DNA of 64,000 nt from Octopus vulgaris (Eukaryota). The stretch lies in contig OX597822.1 of NCBI GenBank assembly GCA_951406725.2, forward strand, positions 61,070,001-61,134,000, given 5' to 3'. This document shows, piece after piece, positions 30,366-44,454 of the stretch; the first letter of the stretch is position 1, and each line of letters starts with the position of its first letter. Position numbers and translations under genes: made by a program. The notes beneath the pieces are model-generated. The model saw only the letters and a list, made by a program, of their open reading frames with translations. It was not told where the DNA came from and searched no databases.

Positions 30366-30708
30366 GTGGAGGCGCAATGGCCCAGTGGTTAGGGCAGCGG
30401 ACTCGCGGTCGTAGGATCGCGGTTTCGATTCCCAGACCGGGCGTTGTGAGTGTTTATTGAGCGAAAACACCTAAAGCTCCACGAGGCTCCGGCAGGGATG
30501 GTGGTGATCCCTGCTGTACTCTTTCACCACAACTTTCTCTCACTCTTACTTCCTGTTTCTGTTGTACCTGTATTTCAAAGGGCCGGCCTTGTCACTCACT
30601 GTGTCACGCTGAATATCTCTAATTACACGTTAATTTCACGAGCAGGCTGTTCCGTTGATCGGATCAACCGGAACCCTCGTCGTCGTAACCGACGGAGTGC
30701 TTCCATCC
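30366..30708 (+). mobile_element. tRNA-derived SINE with 13-bp TSD
   Basis: Head GGCGCAATGGCCCAGTGGTTAGGGCAGCGGACTCGCGGTC..GGTTTCGATTCCC. TSD ACTATTATCCTCT at 30353-30365 and 30709-30721. A related head occurs at 52209-52505. Confidence 0.9.
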
Positions 30709-30933
30709 ACTATTATCCTCTACAACAGGACCATCTTTACAGCGTTATAGGCCTCCGAGCAAAGCAACATACAGTGACCTCTCAACCGCAGAATACGTAG
30801 ATTAGCACTCGGTCCCCCTGCTATCTCTCCTCTTCGCATTACTTCTATTGAGACGTGTCAACCAGGCTTAGTCTGGTTTAATACTCGCACCTGGTCTTTG
30901 GTTGCCTTTTGCAACTCTACTGCAAGCATTCGG

Positions 30934-31140
30934 ACGCGAGCTGGCAGAAACGTTAGCACGCCGGGTGAAATGCTTAGCCGTATTTCGTCTGTCTTTATGT
31001 TCTGAGTTCAAACTCAGCCGAGGACGACTTTGCCTTTTCATCCTTTCTGGGTCGACAAATTAAGTACCGGTTGCGTACTGGGTTGATCTAATCGACTGGC
31101 CCCCTCCTCCAAAATTTCGGGCCTTGTGCCTAGAGTTGAA
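30934..31140 (+). mobile_element. SINE family A copy (type-2 tail)
   Basis: Family A head and body with tail CCCCTCCTCCAAAATTTCGGGCCTTGTGCCTAGAG. Confidence 0.85.
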
Positions 31141-31294
31141 AATAATATTGTTGGCTTATGAACGCTGCCCATACATCCTACATGATTAAACACTTAGAAA
31201 ATAACAACAGAATCTATATGAGTTATGAGTTGTTTTTTTTGTGGGGGTTTTTTCTCAAAACAAAACTACTTTACTTATCTACCTCCAAGTCTAT

Positions 31295-31339
31295 GTTGTG
31301 CTGATGACGGCCTTTGAGCGAGAAACACGTGTTCACCAC
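31295..31339 (+). ncRNA. Minimal type I hammerhead ribozyme motif (Penelope pLTR-like context)
   Basis: GTTGTG-CTGATGA-[degenerate stem II]-GAAA-CACGTG-T-T-CACCAC. Palindromic stem III, stem I 5/6 bp, AATAAA downstream. Confidence 0.6.
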
Positions 31340-32100
31340 TATTCTCTCACCGACAAACAATAAACCTGTCCTTTTCCTTAATGGCATATCAGCTTTGTGG
31401 ATTCTTGAATCGTGAGATTATCTCTACTTTTAAATGGAGTTGGTCTTAACCGTCCAAAGAGGCGCGAATAATTTTAACGAACCCTCTTTTACTTGTTTCA
31501 GTCATTTGACTGCGACCATGCCGGAGCACCGCCTTTAGTCGAGCAAATCGATCCCAGGAATTATTCTTTGTAAGCTTTATTCCATTGGTCTCTTTTGCCG
31601 AACCGCTAAGTTACGGGGACGTAAACACACCAGCATCGGTTGGAGGGACAAATACAGAGACACAAACACACACTCATATATACATATACACGACAGGCTT
31701 CTTTCAGTTTCCGTCTACCAAATCCACTCACAAGGCTTCGGTCGGCCCGAGGCTATAGTAGAAGGCACTTGCCCAAAGTGCCACGCTGTGGGACTGAACC
31801 CGGAACCATGTGGTTGGTAAGCAAGCTACTTACCACACAGCCACTCCTGCGCAAGAATTTATGTTGTAGTTCATATACCAGTTATTTGATTACGTTGTTC
31901 AAATGTACGACATTAACATTCTGAGTTATTTCTCTCAGCTCATCTTTGTTTAAATTATGCAAATTACCTATGTCACAAATGTGTTCCTATTTATTGCGGG
32001 TCGTTCAAGCGGTATGAGTTCTTGCGTTATCTTTCTTCAGAACTTGCATTTTACTAACTAATGCTAGCTATTTTTGCCGCACACTGACATACATTTGTCA

Positions 32101-32680
32101 GATGCTGAGCTCACCTGATATTCTCCGAGTGTTACTCCCCAGATTTGCCTGTACGGTTTGGAGCATGGCCTCGGAATCGAAGTTCTTGAAACCCGAACGA
32201 AATTTCTCGAACCATCTTAATAGTGTACTGTGATCGACTGCGCTTTACCTTTCGCATTTGGTTGCTTCCACAACGTTATGGCCGATGCTGAGCTGACCTG
32301 ATGCTCTCCCTAGATTTACCTGTACGGTTTGGAGTATGGCCCCGGAATCGAGGTTCTTGAAACCTGAACGAAATTTCTCGAACCATCTTAACAGTGTAAT
32401 GTGATCGACTGCGCTTTACCTTTTGCATTTCGTTGCTTCCACGACATTATGGCCGAACTCGTCAAGCATAATTTCCTGAATTAGATTATGTTGCACATTT
32501 ATCTGTGCAGATTTCAAATCACATACGTTGTGAAGCAATTCACAACACGTCTGCACACCAACTACCATGATACTACCAGCCTCAGCTGGTACCTTGAACT
32601 GCTTCGTTCACGTGATATACATGCCGCAAAATAGCATATATTGCAAATATTGTAAAACTCTCGGCTCGCCTTTTGACTCT
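32101..32680 (-). mobile_element. Mariner 5' remnant with tandem duplication (32101-32283 / 32284-32454)
   Basis: Minus strand MLDEFGHNVVEATK..AVDH..RWFEKFRSG resembles the mariner HTH N-terminus; about 175-bp direct repeat. Confidence 0.65.
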
Positions 32681-34267
32681 TAACGTATGCAAATTTATGC
32701 TATTGACCAATTGCAGTTAATTTCCTTTGCAGATATAGCTGTGTTGTTAAAAAGTATCCCTGAGCGGTACTTTGGGCAAGTGTCTCCCACTGCAACCCAG
32801 ACCAACTAACGCTTTGTGAACTGAATTTAGTAGATGGAAGTAGTATAGAACACCGTCATTTACGTCGCGCGCGTGTGTGTTTGTCTCTCCACTTCTTGAC
32901 ATGTGTAAGTTTGTTAACGTCAGATAATTTAGCGGTTTAGTACCAGACATAGAATAAGTATTAAGGTTGATTTCTTCGACCAAACCTGTTAAGGCGGTCT
33001 AGCCTGGCCGCAGTCCAAAGACTGAACCAAGTAAAAGAATTAAAAATGATCTACAGGCCGTTGCTAATAGCTTATTCATTCGTGGCCTGCTGGCTTTTTG
33101 CGACATCACAGACTGTTTGGCCATTATTATACTATATCGGTTCGACTGATTTTTGTTTTGGCATTTAGGTACGATGCTGATCTACAGAGTGAAGATCCAC
33201 AGAAAACAGTGAAATCACGTGATAATGTTGTGCCATCCATCGGTATAGACAATTGTCTCGTCAGCCGATATAGTCACTACGCGTCAACGTGCAGTGTATC
33301 TCTGGTCGTTAGTAACAGTTTAAAGGTGATCTCCGCAACACATCCAGTTATGTTGGAGGAACTAATATTAATTGTTACCAATACTGCTATTGTCGCTAAC
33401 AGCTAATTTGAATATTATTTACAACCCTTATAAACTATAAATCAAATTGTGTGCTGATTAGGTACATTTGTGGTAGCATCTGCGGTTATACTCATGGGAT
33501 CAAGTTATGATAAAGACAAAACATGTACCAAATTGTCCTCTACATTTGCCTGGTTGTGGGAGAAATAAAAAGAATGGAAACATATTCCTTCAAAGCCTTT
33601 TTTTATGTGTGTGTGTCTTTGTATGCTTTTGATAATATTTTCATGTTGGCTTTTTTTGATGCGCCTTCGTTAACTATGGTAATACTAGCTTAATTATTAG
33701 GATATAGTAAAACTGCTTTAACATTGTAATGCGAGAATTAGTAGAGTGTTAGATCGACTCTGCTTTTAAACCATCCTGGTCAATAAAATAAATACCAGTT
33801 AAATATGAGTACTTGGCTGGTACTTTGATCGACTATATCCCATCCTACCTCACGAAATCAACTGGTTTTGTGCAAACTGCTTTCACCCATTAAAAAAACC
33901 ACACACTTATCGAGACATGGTTGTCTGCCCTGCTAGGAGTTACAGTCAAATCTCCCTCAAATCACAACCAACCTTCTTAAAAAAAAAAAGAAAAGATTGG
34001 GAAATTAGTTATAAATATACAAACAGATGAGACAGCCAAGAAGTAGGAGGACATTCCATGAGATCGTTCTGGCTTATCGGAAGGCAAACGTTTTTAATGA
34101 AGTGAAATGAAGCTGAAGCATGCTGAGACGCACTCGGTAAAAACACGGCACCAAAACAACACTCGCAGATATTCTCTGCCAAGGTCGGCCATGAGTTACT
34201 GGCGTCTTGGATAAATTTAATTTTGGCAGTCATACATAAACCGAGTTTAAAAGTGTAAAATATATTA

Positions 34268-34870
34268 GGATCTTTACTTTTTGACCAACAGATTTATAAA
34301 ATAATTTTTTGTAACTAAACACTTTCAAACATCGGACACTGGTAGAATGTGTTATATAAAACATGTTTTACTCTTAGCATTTTTGAGAAAAACTTATATT
34401 TACGAAGTTATTTCACGTTCAAGTTCTCGTATTTCGGTAATTTCAACCAATCAGTAACGTGTATTCAGCTGAATAAAATTACTGCTGTTGTTTGTCAATA
34501 ACATGTATCGGCGGTGTATTTTTCGTTTGTCACTGTTATTTATGACATAGTTCGTGCGTTTGTACTGGTTTTAAGGTTTTAGGGTTAGGGTTGTCATAAA
34601 TAACAGTGACAAACGAAATATACACCGCCGGAAGTTCTTGTTGACAAACAACAGCAGTAATTTTATTCAGCTGAATACACGTTACTGATTGGTTGAAATT
34701 ACCGAAATACGAGAACTTTAACGTGAAATAACTTCGTAAATGTAAGTTTTTCTCAAAAAACGCTAAGAGCAAAATGTGTTTTATATGACATTCTACCAGT
34801 GTTCGAAGTTTAAAAGTGTTTAGTTACAAAAAAATATTTTTTAAATCTGTAGGTCAAAAGGTAAAGATCC
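34268..34870. mobile_element. 603-bp foldback MITE with about 280-bp TIRs
   Basis: GGATCTTTAC...GTAAAGATCC termini and long inverted arms; TTAGGGTTAGGG in the centre; imperfect 8-bp flanks ATATATTA / ACATATTC. Confidence 0.9.
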
Positions 34871-35324
34871 ACATATTCACTATAAGACTAATAAAATTTT
34901 TTATCTGAAACGTTATACACTTCTAATGCGAGGTCAACTTCGACAATGTCACACCTTCCACAAGAAACGTTTTGAATATTCAGTGACAGCTGTCGTGTTT
35001 TCTATATATATATATATTTGCTTTTTATTTCTGAAATTTAATACTTAACTGCATTGACGAAGATATTAATGGCATAGCAAGGTTCGAAATTGTTGCTATG
35101 AATACTTTATATTGTGATTATATTATGTGACATTTCATCATGCGTATGCTCAACCAGTAGTCAATGTATGATAACAAATATCAAATGGACTCGTTACTAC
35201 TTACAAGAAGCGTTCACAACAAGACATATGTCGCGAAAATTGAAGATGACACTGGAAAAGGCAGTTGAAAGCAGTTCATTTTACAAAAAGCTCACCTTTT
35301 AAATTCATGTTTTTATCGGGTCGA

Positions 35325-35402
<78 letters not shown>

Positions 35403-36487
35403 GTGCGCGTGTGTGTGCGTGCATACTGCCCATGGACAACTACTCTTTCATTCTGAAGTGTGTTGGCTATCTGGCTGCAAAGTACATATAATATTCGAGT
35501 TGTATATTAGAATATTTGAGTTGTTAACTATTTTTCTTGAAAAAAATCATTCGATGAGAGCGAATGGTCCAATAGCTTTCCCTAGCTAGATATGGTAGCA
35601 TTATATGTCTGACATTTTAACGCATTTAAATGACCTAAATTTGAGCTAACAATGAGCGATCTGTAACGATTTTTAAAGTGGAAGTTAAAGTGGAAGCCAT
35701 GATTATGAATAGCTGTGTGTGTTGAATATTCATTCGCTGGTTGCACTAAATCGTTTGGTCCCAATTTGGCAACGTAGCAGGGAAAATGACATGGCCGATA
35801 AATTCAGCCTAGTATTGCCACAACTCGGATTTTTGCTACATAATTGAAAACATTGTTAAGGTCAAACCAAAATATTCTAAAATGCTACAAAGAAACAATG
35901 TTACTGATGAAAAAAACCCAAATAATATGCATATCGGATACTCCAAGATAAAGCAAAAAAAAAAAAAAACATACAGCTTATGAGAGAAGAAAATCTAAAT
36001 AAAGTTATCTGTGTGGAAACGGGTAATATATGTATTTCATTGCTCCGTGATTCCACCTAAGGGTAAATTTTTATTACTTTATTCTTGTTTCAGGAAACAT
36101 AAAGAGACAATAACAACTAATTATGTATTTATATACGAAATATATAGCAGTAAATTGTATCTTATTTAATATTTTATGTATTTTTATTCTTATATCAACT
36201 TTCAACCGCAATCATTCAGTTGATATACTTCTGACTCTGAGGTATTCATCAACCCGAAAGATAGTACTATCGATCCCTAAGGATCGATATCGACCACTTT
36301 GGCGTTATCTGATATAGCATAGCGGCTATCCGTTTTGGCTCGTAGCTTCATTCCTGTTGTTTTTCTTGATTGAGCAGTATTTTATGAAGGTATTCTAGCC
36401 ATTTGTCTTTGGACCTTCATGTCTAAGATAACAGTATCCAATGTGTCCTTGCCCATTGAAAAACGGTAGAGTGTAATCTGAGAGAAA

Positions 36488-37075
36488 GCGGTGAGTTGGC
36501 AGAAACGTTAGCACGCCGGGCGTAATGCTTAGCGGTATTTCGTCTGCGTTACGTTGTGAGTTCAAATTCCGCCGAGGTCGACTTTGCCTTTCATCCTTTC
36601 GGGGTCGATAAATTAAGTACCAGTTACGCACTGGGGTCGATGTAATCGACTTAATACCTATGTCTGTCCTTGTTTGTTCCCTCTGTGTTTAGCCCCTTGT
36701 GGGTAATAAAGAAATAGGTATTTCGTCTGCCGTTACGTTCTGAGTTCAAATCCCGCCGAGGTCGACTTTGCCTTTCATCCTTTCGGGGTCGATAAAATAA
36801 GTACCAGTTACGCACTGGGGTCGATGTAATCGACTTAATCCCTTTGTCTATCCGTGTTTGTCCCCTCTATGTTTAGCCCCTTGTGGGCAATAAAGAAATA
36901 GGAAACGTTAGCACGCCGGGCGAAATGCTTACGTTCTGAGTTCAAATTCCGCCGAGGTCGACTTTGCCTTCCATCCTTTCGGGGTCGATAAATTAAGTAC
37001 CAGTTGCGTATTGTGATTGATCTAATCGACTGGACCCCTCCCCCCAAACTTCGGGCCTTGGGCCTAGATTAGAAA
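36488..37075 (+). mobile_element. Trimeric SINE family A array
   Basis: Three tandem bodies; two end in the type-1 tail and the last in the type-2 tail. An inverted copy follows at 37410-37616. Confidence 0.88.
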
Positions 37076-37999
37076 AAAAAAGTGTAATCTGTGAGGTTTA
37101 GTTGCTATTTTTAGCAGGTTGAGTGATTACATAGAGACTTACACCTTTCTTGTGTTTTATGTATACAGTTTGTGTTAGTGGGACTGCTTTCACTACGTTT
37201 AGGGTGTTGAATGTTCCAGCCTTCTTTGGGTGTCTTCTGTCCAACTCAGTTGTATCGGAATTTTGAGCCTAACTCTTTCTTTGATCCACGCAGGTTCACT
37301 GTTCTTATTCCATTCTTTCTGTTTGCTTCAGTTAATTTTTTGTGAATTACCTTAGTGCCATGCCTGGGATTGAACTCAGAACTTCTAGGTGACTACAGTA
37401 CATACGTTTCTTCGCTAGGTACAAGGCCCAAAATTTTGGGGGAAGGGGCAGTCGATTATATCGACCCCAGTTAGTAAATGGTACTTAATTTATCGACTCC
37501 GAAATGATGAAAGGCAAAGTCGACCTCGGCGGAATTTGAACTCAGAACATAAGGACAGATGAAATACCGCTAGGCACTTTGCCTGGTGTGCTAACGTTTC
37601 TGCCAGCTCGCCGCCTTGTGACATTATACAATGTCTTTACTACGCTATGCCTGTAGTCCGACTGTTATAAACAGTATACATAACAAAAATTCATCATCTC
37701 AGAAATATAGAATTGTATTCCATATTTTGTTCATTTTTGACGGAGTTGAAAGACGTTTTAAAGATTGAAGTGAATACAGAAGACATATATATATAAAGGA
37801 CGTAAGTAGTTAATGCTGTTTTGCTCCAAATCAATCTTGATCGAGCAAACCTAAAATCAAAAGTGTTTCACTCATGACCATCCCGTATTTTTAGGGGTAG
37901 CTAGGACGAAATTATTGTATGTGTCCTTTTTTTCTTAAAGATGGTAACTGTGATTCGGGAAGATTTTGCTGCTACTTTTAGTCGGTCTGTTAAAAGCAG

Positions 38000-38800
38000 T
38001 GGATACACTCAAGGTCTCTGTTAATAGAATCAGAGCATGTTTTGCGTATGGCGTCTAGATTGCTTATGGGTGAAGCATGGCCGAGGAAAGACAGAGAGAA
38101 ATGAAGGCTTGCATCATCTGTGTAAGATTGGACGTTATTGGAGAGGATAGCTGGTAACCATTGTAGAAAAGAAAGGGAACAAACTGAACTCTAAGGCTAA
38201 CCAGAGTTGGGAGGGGTATAGAAAGGTCTCCGTTAATGCCTACTGTGATGATACGATCTGAGAGAAGGCTAGAGCTCGTAGGCGGGAAGTTTCGGCAGAA
38301 GATTCGCATTGGTATCTAGGGCAACAACATTGCTTTCGTCAAACTTCTCTGAAGCGAGAACCTACTGGTGAATTACATAAGAGAGGTTTCTAGAGGATCT
38401 GGCTATAAGGAAACCATGTTGGTGGTCATTCAGGAAAATGTGAGAGAGAACTAAAGAGAGAGAAAAAGGGGGGAAAGAGTGATGCAAGGTGTTGTAAATG
38501 TCATTGTTAAAGGCTGTCTCCATTACCTTAGAAATGTTGAAAATAAATGCTATAGTACGATAGGTGGTTGAGTCAGAGAGATTGTGTTTTTCAAAAGACC
38601 TTGTTTATCTTCGTAGAAAGTGAGTGATTTAAGAATTTGGTTGGTACAAGAGTAAGTTTTGTGGAACAATGTTTGAATGTAATGGAAGAGACATTGTTAG
38701 GGCTGGTGGCTAACGAGATATATTTTAGCGCTTGACGTGTGTGTATGGAAATTGGGGTCGGGTGTCCTGGAGGGAGTCTATACAGTAGAGACCCACATAT
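38000..38800 (-). mobile_element. Highly degenerate non-LTR (CR1/Jockey-like) RT fragments
   Basis: SSLLSDRIITVGINGDLS resembles the RT region before motif B; adjacent LYRLPPG segment. Confidence 0.4.
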
Positions 38801-39157
38801 GTTATATAGTGATTCGAAAAACTTCGATTCACTGATATTATTCATGCAAATTAATGAACAAAAATTTCATCAGTGTTTAACATTTCAAAAAAAAAAAAAT
38901 TCAAGGAAAATAACTCCAACAGAATCAGCTAATGGAAACTTTTGTCAAATAAAGCCGATGCAGACTGGAGTAGATCTTGTCTTTAAAGTTAATTAGTGAA
39001 AGCGGGAGACTGGTTTCAGTCTCATCTTCTCGGCGAAGAAAATTCTATTTGGATGGCAAGTTTTAAGAAGCAATCACTACATATGCACGCGCGCGCACAC
39101 AGAGAAATACACACATGTTCTTATGTATGTATGTGTGAGAGTGTGTGCATATATATG

Positions 39158-39631
<474 letters not shown>

Positions 39632-39646
39632 AGAGGTAGATATGCT

Positions 39647-40120
39647 TCTTTATTAGCCACACAGGGCTGCACACAGACGGGACAGATTACAAAGTAGAGC
39701 TTTTCTTTATGGGGAGAAAAGAAGGAAAAAAAGTGGGGTAGGTTTTCGATCAAAAGGGATCGTAAAAGGGAAAGAAAAAAGGAAAGAAAAGAAAAAAAAC
39801 GATCAATAGAGACCGCGTATCACAGAAATGTCATGATGTAAAGTGTAAAGGGGGAAGCAGATAGGGTTTATCCGTGGAAAGAAAAGCCTACGGAAAAGAC
39901 CACGGTAACCTCGGTCAATAATGTCACCTGTTAACACATTTGTTTGCAAGTAGGTAACCCTCTGTTTTAAATTTTTCCGGGTTCATAGGATTATGCTCAA
40001 GGTGGCTTCGTCATTCATACGTGCCATCCTTGCTACATTCACCCATCTTTTTTTGAAACATTCGCTAGACAAAACTTGCTTCTCTACTCTCACTTTCCTT
40101 TTCAAGTGATACTGGAAGAA
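39647..40120 (-). mobile_element. 3' end of a non-LTR retrotransposon (Tx1/L1-like)
   Basis: Minus strand FFQYHLKRKVRVERQVLSSECFQKRWVNVAR followed by a T-rich UTR and AATAAAG, ending at the (GATA)n array. Confidence 0.5.
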
Positions 40121-40339
40121 AAAAAATTGCCACTGGCCAGATAGATAGTGATGCTCATATTGAATATCAAGAATATGTCTGAGAGGAAAAGAAAGTTTCT
40201 CAGGATCTGAAGGTATAAGTGGTTGTGGCAGGACGCTCAGGTGCTGCTTATTTGGTGCCGCTGTTTCTCTCCACCTCTCTCTCTCCCTCTTTTTCTCTCT
40301 GACTTTCCTTTTTTCCTTTCTTCTTCTTCCCCCAACACT

Positions 40340-40456
40340 ATTACTACAACTGCTGTAACCACTACTACTACTACTACTACTACTAATACTACTACCACCA
40401 CCACCACCACCACCACCGCTGCCGCCGCCACCACCACCACCACCACCACCACCACC

Positions 40457-40511
<55 letters not shown>

Positions 40512-40545
40512 ATACTACTAATAATAATAATAATAATAATAATAA
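40340..40545. repeat. Compound trinucleotide repeat (ACT/ACC/AAT)n
   Basis: Direct reading; explains the spurious poly-T and poly-V ORFs. Confidence 0.95.
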
Positions 40546-41505
40546 TTTTGCCACAAGGGCAGTAATTTTGGAGGAGAGGGATGAGTCGATTACATCGACC
40601 TTAGTATTCGACTGGTACTTATTTTTATCGACTTCGAAATGATGAAAAGCGAAGTCAACCCCGGCGGAATTTGAACACAGAAACGTGAAGACGGACGAAA
40701 TGTCGCTAAGCATTTGACCCGGCGTGCTAACGATTCTGCCAGCAATAATTCTACATGTGTTTTAAACTACTTCACCAGAGATCGAGCGAATCTATTATCA
40801 AAGCTGTTCCAGCTGTGACCGTTTCATTGTATTTCATTCGTCACTCGGTTTGCCTTTACACTACATTATCTCGTACGTCCTATTCTTTTAAAAATTATTT
40901 TTTTTACAAAGCCAAATGGCTCGCTTGTTCGTTTAAATGTTAAGGTCAGGCGGCAAGTAGTGCGACATGAAAATACACGCGTACACACTTGCGTACACAC
41001 ATACAAATACACACGAACGTACAAATATATATATATATATATATGCACACTCGTGCGCATGCGCATACGCACGCGCACGCGCGCACACACACACACACAC
41101 AAACGAGAAGCGAAGCAAAGGAAAAATGAACGCGCGATGTTCTATAAGTAACTCATGACGTAATCATGTAGCGGGTATTGTGAAGAGACATGGTGTGATG
41201 TGACGTAACGGAGTAGTAGTTGTAGGGAGAGGAGATGAGGATGAGGAGGAGGAGGTGGATGCGGTAGCGGTGGCAGCGTCGGCGCGGCTGTCAGGTGTAA
41301 CAGGTATTCAAGTTTTGAGACTGGGTGTCGGCGGAATAAGCTAAGGTGCACCGCACGGTTCATGTCACAAAATTGAAAGAAAACAAAATTACGAACTAAC
41401 AGACTGACACAGCACACGAATACACACACGCATACACACACACACGTATACACACACACACGTACACACACACATGTGCGTTATGTACATAGCTAGCTAG
41501 CTAGT

Positions 41506-41560
<55 letters not shown>

Positions 41561-41880
41561 TCATACTCCTATATACAGACAAGGTCCAGATTAAGGCTAA
41601 CTGATGCCCTAAGCAATGCTCAACACTGGTGCTCTCGATAATTTCATTACCCGACAAGACATACATGAAGATATAAGTAATATATATAAAGTAAATTCAG
41701 TTTCCATAATTTTTATTCATCAAAATAGTAAAACTTTTATAAGTTAAAATACAATCACAGAAAATTATTGAAAACAATTGACGTTAGAGGAGAGTGAGAG
41801 CGACATAATTCAGATTAGTGCTAAATGGGGAACGTAAAAAATCTACATTGGCTTCTTTTAATTATCAAAACGAATAAGTA

Positions 41881-42660
41881 CCGTATATCTTCGAGTATAG
41901 TCCGCCCTTGAGTATATTATGCAGGGGATTTTTAGTGGGGGGTGTACCTCTGAAAAACCTAAACCTTGTGTATGATACGCACCCCTTCTATAACTTGAGT
42001 CGTGCGTAATTAAACCAGCAGCACCTAGTCGAACAAATACTTCCGCGCATGCGTAATACGATAATGGTGGTGTTCTTAACTGTTATATGGGAATGTAAAT
42101 ATGTTTGCAAATTGTTTTTGTTACATGTTATTCTGTGTTCTGAATACTTTTATTTTAATAAATGTTGCTTACTGCAAGTTATGGATGATTCTTTTATGAC
42201 TTCATTGCTTTCAGGCTTAGCTTAAGGTATTTTCGCGCCCGACATCCCCAAATGCACCTGAATAAACATTGCCGGACAGCAAATAGAGACTAGGACGTTG
42301 CTTAGAAAATATTTTTTTTCATTTTTAACCTCGTGAGGCGCATGGCTTAGTGGTTAGGGTGTCAGCATCATGATCGTAAGATTGTGGTTTCGATTCCTGG
42401 ACCGGGCGACGCGTTGTGTTCTTGAGCAAAGCACTTCATTTCACGTTGCTCCAGTCCACTCAGCTGGCAAAAATGAGTAACGCTGCGCTGGACTGGCGTC
42501 TCGTCCAGCTGGGGAACACATACGCCATAGAAACCGGGAAACCGGGCCCATGAGCCTGGCTATGCTTTAAAAGGGCCCATTTATTTTTATATAGTACGCA
42601 CTAGGGATTTTGACCCTTAAATTTTGGGGAAAAATGCAGATCATACTCGAGGATTTACGG
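41881..42660. mobile_element. Tc1/mariner-pogo-type non-autonomous element with TA TSD, with a nested SINE at 42334-42585
   Basis: TA|CCGTATATCTTCGAGTAT...ATACTCGAGGATTTACGG|TA terminal inverted repeats. Confidence 0.85.
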
Positions 42661-42803
42661 TAAATGCTTCAAAATAAGTAAATCGTGCACCCCATCCATA
42701 TTTTTGATGTTTTTAAAACAGATTTTGGGTTCCTATGCTTAGAATAGCGGAGAACACGATTGTACGTTTGATTTTTCATTTTCTTTTCTTTTTTTTTCTT
42801 TTT

Positions 42804-43217
42804 GGTGCTATTTTGGCGTGTGGTCTACAACCTCAAGGGCGATCACTTTAAATAACTTTTTTGTTTCCTTGCGTTGCAAAACTTGGGGCTGCCAAACTTG
42901 AGCGATCTACGCGCTTATTCTAATTATTATATTGTTTATTCTATGTTTCTTATTATTATTTATTAAAGCTGGATGGATAGATGGATTGATGGATGGATGG
43001 ATGACTGCAGCTCAATAAATTAGACATGGTTTCATTATTAAAATAGTGAGAATTTTGAAAAAAATACATTTACAATGTTCAGTATGTACAAAATAATTTA
43101 TTGTTAAAAATCTGTAGCCAACGTATTTAAATGTTTTTTAGAAATTGAGAAGTGAACTAAAAAAGTAACCTAAAGTAATCGCCCTTTAAGTTGTAGATCA
43201 CACGCCAAAATAGCACC
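42804..43217. mobile_element. MITE-like element with 47-bp inverted repeats
   Basis: GGTGCTATTTTGGCGTGTGGTCTACAAC... is mirrored by ...GTTGTAGATCACACGCCAAAATAGCACC. Confidence 0.75.
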
Positions 43218-43812
43218 CTTTTTAAAAAAAACAACTTTTTGCACCATCGGAATCTCCGACATTCAAAACGGAAAATCAATAAACAAAAATATAAATAAAT
43301 AGCATTCTCTATACTTTACTAGACGTGGATATAATAAAGAAAACCACAAAACTGTGTGAAAGCTTCTCGTATAGACGTATAGTACTGAAGTGCACTGAAG
43401 CGTATATATAGCAGACGAAAAGTGTCCAACAGCGGTTGCGGAGTTAATTAACTAAATCCGGATTTTTGTGTCTTTGCATGTCATCAGTAACAAGTATCTA
43501 ATCACAGTCGCATGCCTAGACAAATTTAATCTCTACTAATACATAGAAAAACGGTGATTAAGAAATTACTGGTGTCGCAAATAACTGGCGTGCTGGGTAA
43601 AAATTCATTATTAACGACGGAAGTAGTATCGGCTGGGAATAGCATTCTATATATTTTTTTTCTTTACTTTCTTCCACTTATAAAGTGATCAAACAACTAA
43701 TTTATATTTCATGCTCCCCTGATTTTAACAACTAGCAAAACATTCTTATTGACATTTTTTACTGCATCATTAAACAATCGCGTGAGCAACAAGATGGGCG
43801 CTTCTTTCTTTG

Positions 43813-43862
<50 letters not shown>

Positions 43863-43945
43863 CTGAGCAGACAAACGAAAGAAGGGCATTCAGCATATTT
43901 ATTGGGAGTTACAATAAATGGATCAAAACAACAGTCTGATCCATT

Positions 43946-44002
<57 letters not shown>

Positions 44003-44227
44003 AGTGCATTACTATACATAAATGCCTCACGCCTCAAGGAACTCTAAAAGTAAAAACTACCATAATACACACATAAAATTAATATAAACAACTGGACGCA
44101 ATATAAAACTAAAAAGGAAAACTTTAATCATCACTAATTGAGACTGAGGATGCCGAAGCACCTACATTGCTACATTGTAAGAAATAACAGTTAAAAACTT
44201 TTAATGCTGTATAAAGCGCACAATATG

Positions 44228-44260
<33 letters not shown>

Positions 44261-44415
44261 GTGTGTATATATATATATATATTAATCAGCCGAAATTGCG
44301 AAGATGATCTGGTTCTTGACTGATGACTGAGAGCTTCGAAAGTCCCGTCTGTGTTTTTTTGTCGTCTTCTAAATGTTTCACGTTCTTGTCCCAGTTTGTG
44401 TATTTTTTAAACTTT

Positions 44416-44454
<39 letters not shown>

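Noticed and set aside
30366-30445. tRNA gene
   Set aside because: It is the tRNA-derived head of a SINE with body, tail and TSD; the same applies at 7308, 42334 and 52209.
44283-44418. CTGATGA...GAAA motif in a short (TA)n-flanked element
   Set aside because: Stems I-III cannot be paired convincingly around the core. It may be a decayed pLTR but is not supportable as a hammerhead.
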